A model generated the notes under the pieces. The model saw only the letters and a program-made list of their open reading frames with translations, was not told where the DNA came from and searched no databases. This document shows positions 59,517 through 64,000 of a stretch of 64,000 nt of DNA, piece after piece (positions within the stretch are counted from its first letter, which is position 1; each line of letters begins with the position of its first letter). Source of the stretch: Lama glama (Eukaryota). Position numbers and translations under genes: made by a program. The DNA is taken from the NCBI GenBank assembly GCA_028534125.1, contig CM052818.1, positions 45,510,001 to 45,574,000 on the forward strand, in the 5' to 3' direction.

Positions 59517-62500
59517 CAAGTATACAATTTTAACGTCTTTCTAAGAGAAGTAGTACATAGCATCAAAGCAGGACACGCTCATACATCAATCCCATTTTGA
59601 TTCACATACCAGCACTATCCTTGGAAAAATCCGAGCTGCCCAAGGTTACCCAGCTAGTAGATGGTCTCTTACTCCTGGGAGAAGATTCCTCTGGTGTTTC
59701 CCAAAGACAGGAGAGAGACACAGAAACGGGGGTGGGGGGTGAGAGATCGCACTGGGAGGGGAGGGTGGAGGGGGCGCCGTGAACCGTAGCATGTTTGTGA
59801 GAGAAGCCCGTCTTACTCATTTGATTATAAAATATTTCTGAGCCACCAGATGGTATAATAGCGGCTGCAGATGCCCGATAGCTTTTCTTAATTTCTCTGC
59901 ACCGGGCTCCATTTCAGGGACCTGCAGAGTGATATCCAAGAAGCTATTCTGGACTCCATAAAGGCAGTAACCGTACAATTTAAGAAACACTGTTCAATGC
60001 GTCCGAGTGACAGATGGGCCTTCATTCATGCTTCCCAAATAACCGAGCCTTAGGCTAATCCCAAGGCACCTGGGGGCACTCAGGCAGGAGCCTTCCGGGG
60101 GTCCCTTCTTGCTGCGGCCGCCTGCCCGGGGATCTGGGCTCTGTTACATAATTAATCCTTGGCTCCGAACAGCAGCACCGCCTTCACAGACGGCTCATGG
60201 TGATGCCCATGGGGAGAGCACACATCAAAGACTATGTCTTCCTCGTCCTCCAAGATCAAAGCCGCGGGGCTGATGAGGGCACCGAAGCTCTCAGGCTTCT
60301 GCGTGCTTGTCCTGCTTTTCTTGTTTTGTGTTTTGTTTTTAATAAGGAACCTGCATCCCTGGTCCTTCAATAGCTCAATAGCCCAGGTAAAAAGCAACAG
60401 GTCAGGGCTCTGTGCAGACTCAATGCGCTGTTGGGCCTGCACGTCAAAGAGCTGGTGCGCTAATTCTCAAAAACCCGGGGAGAAGCGTGGGTCCTCCTGG
60501 GGCGCGGACCTGCCTGAGGCTTGCTCCCAAATTACTTGCTTGGAGAGGTGTGGCCGGGCCATTTGTCCAGCCTCCAGACTGAGCCCTCTTCTCTTACTTC
60601 TCTGGTCACTCCTCTTTCCCCTAACCCCTCAGCCGCCACCACCCCCACCAGGAGGACAGCAGAAGGATTTTACGTGGCAACAGTGGCCAATCCAAACACC
60701 CCTCGTCCTCCACAAGGATGTGTTTTGTTTCTGGCCTTCAAGCTTAGTTTTAGTTGGTTCCGGCGGGTCACTCTGAGCCGGCCTTGGCCATGTTCCATCC
60801 AGAGTCTGCAGCTTGTAAACCTACGTGCCAGAGGCCCCACCCAAAGCCACTCCTCACCCTGAGAGTGCTACAGACCTCAAGAAGCCTCCAAATGCAGAAG
60901 AGAAAGAAAGGACAACCCTGGGAGCAGCAGGAATAGCTTAAGTGAAAGTCTGTGGGCAGATGCTAGACTGGCTCTCCTGCCCCCCGGGTGGCCCACCATC
61001 CAAACACTGCCCCCACCCACACACACACCCAGGAGTCTCGTGGGGTATACAGTGCCATCAGTCCTTCACACGTTAGTGTGAATTACCAGCAGGTTGCATT
61101 CATCTTGCCCCCGAAGGGAGCTGCCACTCTGAGCATGGACCTTCTTAGACCTTAGCAGAGGGGCAGAGGAAGAATGGGTAAGTAATACATGTGGTGTGTT
61201 TCAGGGGGAAGGGACAGGCCTCCGTGGGTGCCTTAGGGGAGAACAGTCTTTGGCAGGATGAAGGGGATGCAAAGAGGAATGAAAAGGACCAAATGTTTCC
61301 CCTTTTTAAAATTCTGCCAGCCTTAGTTAGAAGAAGGAACGGTCCTCCTCCTCCCTCCTCTCCCACACGGGCAAAGCCTGTGTTTCCACTGCATGGCTCA
61401 GCCATGCCCTGGCTAGAGCGTCCATCTGCTCATGAGGGGAACAGGGGACCCTGCAGGGAGAGATGCAAACAGCCACTTACACGCCACAGCCTTGGATTCA
61501 GGCCACGGGGCAGACAGGCTGGTAAAATCCTCAGAGGCCAGACTGGAACGTTCTGGCCAGTCTCTGGAGGGCGCTGACCCAGCCCAGGAACAGATTGTGC
61601 CTCTCCTTGCCCTGTGACAGAACAAAACTCAACTAGAGTGAGCACTGGAGGCACAGAAAGAGCTTAAACACATCTGGCTTTTCACGGCCCAGGTGCCTTA
61701 GCACATGCTGTTCCTTATGCCTGGAAGGCACTCACCTCAATTTCTTCCCACGCCAAAAGTCTAGCATTCCTAAAAGCCCAGGCAAACAAGACCTCTCTCA
61801 ACCCTGAGACTCCTCCCAGCACCCCCACCCTGCTGGGTCAATCAGTCCCTCCCGGAGCTCTCTGGGCAGTGGTCCCCGTGGGTTGTATTATTTAGGTCCA
61901 TCCTCCCCATCAGGCTGGAGGCGAGGGACGGCAGCGCTTTACCACCTTATCCCGGGACCCAGAGCTACCCGGCCTTGCACACAGAAGGCAGGGCTGTGCC
62001 TTCCCGGCGCCTGCGCAGAGGCAGGGGGCCCCTTGGAGCTGAGCGGTGCAGGGCTCCCACCCTCAAGCTCTTCCAGTGGCGAGTCACTGATTACTCACCA
62101 GCAATAAAAAAAAAATCTGTCTGAAATCTTACGAAATCCCTATCTAAATGAAAGAGCGCAACTCTGAGATGAAGAACCCCTTAAACTCCCAACTTCTGGA
62201 ACTTTTCAAAATACCTGAATTTCCCAGAGGGTAATCAAAAAGGCGTTGCTTTAACACAGTCACACCCCTCCGGAAACACTGGCCGGCCAGCTTCTGCTCC
62301 CGCTGAGCTCCCCCACCCGCCTCGGGCGTTCTTGCAACACAGTTACGCGGCCCTGGAATCACTTCCCGAATTTGTCCAAGCCAACAGCTCCAGTTTAGGT
62401 TTCCGAAGTCTTGGGGCAGCTTCCTTGCCTCTAGGGAGAGTTTTGCTTAAAGACCCAGCCCCAACCCTGCCGTCACAGCCGAGCCTGACAGAGAAGCAAC

Positions 62501-63434
62501 CCTGGAGTTCAATTTCTGCCACAATTTCCATTTTACATCTAGACTTTTGGGTCTTCCGCCTAGGCTGTAACAAACATTGCCCAGGACAGCCAACTGAAAG
62601 TATAACTCTGCTGAAAACCTCCCTCCAGGTGCATTCTGTGGAGCTTAGCTTGGTGGGCTGTCATGTAATTTATTTGGAATTTACTGCATGTCCAATACAG
62701 CGTCTAGAATTTATGACAGATGTTCTGAGGGGAGAGGGGGAAAGGGGATGATTTAGCCCAAAGAAGAGAAGTTTGAGGGTTAATTTAATAAAATCATCAT
62801 GATTATAAGAGCTCTTTCTTACCCAGAGGGAAGTCAACATGACAGGGACTCGGGGACCGGGGAGGGAAGGGGCTCTGGGCTTTGGAGCCGGCCAGGGAGC
62901 CAGGGCCCCATAAGGCTGCAGGGCCTGCAGGCTGCAGTTTCTTCTCAAAGGCTCTTTATGGATCAGACTAGGTCCCAAAGAAGACTCCCTTGATACCTGA
63001 AGTGAAAGCAACAAAGCAAAGCTTCGGGGGGTGACAAGCTTGGGGTTGGAGCCCAGTTCTGTCACTTACAGACCTAGTGGCCCAGCCAGTTCACTCCCTG
63101 TGAGCCTGCATCCCGGTGGGACAAACAGGTGCTGTCACCCCCTCAGGGGGCGTTCCCACAGCCGTTTATAGGTGGTCTCTCAAAGTCAGCACCTCTTCTA
63201 TTTTAAGTGACGTTCTGAATTACCCACCAGTAAAGAAACGTTAATAACTAGAACATTTCTCCGCCAATCCTTGGAAAACATTATCCTTTAAAACATTATC
63301 AAGATTGCAGTGCAGTTCTTAGCAACAGAACCTATAACATAGTAGTTATGCCTTCCGTGGTTGGAGCAGCCTGGAGACCACACCCAGGAGCTCCAGTACT
63401 CAATAAAAGACGCATCAATAGCTTTCCTGCTCAG

Positions 63435-63530
63435 GTGAAGAAACTGGGCTCAGAGAGGTTAAACCATTTCTCCAAGGCCACACAGCTGGTCAGGAGGCTA
63501 AATTTCATACTCAGGTCTGTCTTATTGCCA
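63435..63530 (-). mobile_element. MIR fragment
   Basis: GTGAAGAAACTGGGCTCAGAGAGGTTAAACCATTTCTCCAAGGCCACACAGCTGG. Confidence 0.75.
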
Positions 63531-63537
63531 CTCTGTG

Positions 63538-63579
63538 TGAAGGGAGCGGAGATGGGGTGAAGGGAGTGGAGATGGGGTG
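63538..63579. repeat. 20-bp tandem duplication
   Basis: TGAAGGGAGCGGAGATGGGG TGAAGGGAGTGGAGATGGGG TG. Confidence 0.85.
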
Positions 63580-64000
63580 GGAAAAGGAAGCACATGCCCC
63601 CACCGCCACCCCGCCCCAATTTGATTCCCAAATTTTTGAAAGGTCACAATATGAGAAACAAAGTGATGTCACATGCCCACAGACTTTACCAGATCCACAT
63701 AATCAGGTGAAAGGACTTCATCCGATGTCATGAAGCCCTGGTTATCCAAGAATCCCTGCATTGAGGGGCAGAAGGAAAATGTCTCCCCTCTTTAAGTCAC
63801 AGCCTTCAATCTCCCACCAGTCAAGCCCGGATCTCTCGCGATGGGGAAGAAGGCGGGTATCAGCTGTGGTCGGGTGAAGCAGGAACCCCAGGCTCCCTGC
63901 GGCTCCGGCAGTAGGAAGAACTTGTCTCAAGTTACCCCGGGAGACCCACTGGCCCCGGGGACCTGTGTCACCTGTCTGGTTGCTAAGCCCCAGCGTCCAG

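Overview
Mammalian, GC-rich genomic DNA, most likely camelid (alpaca/llama/camel). The evidence is three tRNA-Ala(AGC)-derived SINEs of the Vic-1 type plus cetartiodactyl-type L1 3' ends; I recognised no Alu, B1, Bov-A, PRE1 or CHR elements. The window lies within HPCAL1 (hippocalcin-like 1 / VILIP-3, a myristoylated EF-hand neuronal calcium sensor) on the minus strand. Supported exons are an 86-nt 5'UTR exon (19960-19875), the first coding exon (4078-3683, ATG at 4060, 126 codons) and a 106-nt coding exon (1503-1398). The last coding exon was not found and should lie left of position 1. The main promoter probably lies right of 64000. The rest is intron containing L1, L2, MIR, MLT1, MER and Tigger-like relics. 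Nearly all ORFs in the supplied track are chance ORFs in GC-rich DNA. I found no new protein-coding system, RNA gene or CRISPR array. The best leads are regulatory and are motif-level hypotheses only: a strong-Kozak Met-Val-stop uORF in the 5'UTR exon; a candidate TATA-driven alternative first exon at about 48.3 kb beside an 11-bp-phased, ChoRE-like E-box array; paired TCF/LEF sites; a MEF2 site; and an inverted SINE pair. Repeat family names and boundaries come from recalled consensus similarity and are approximate.
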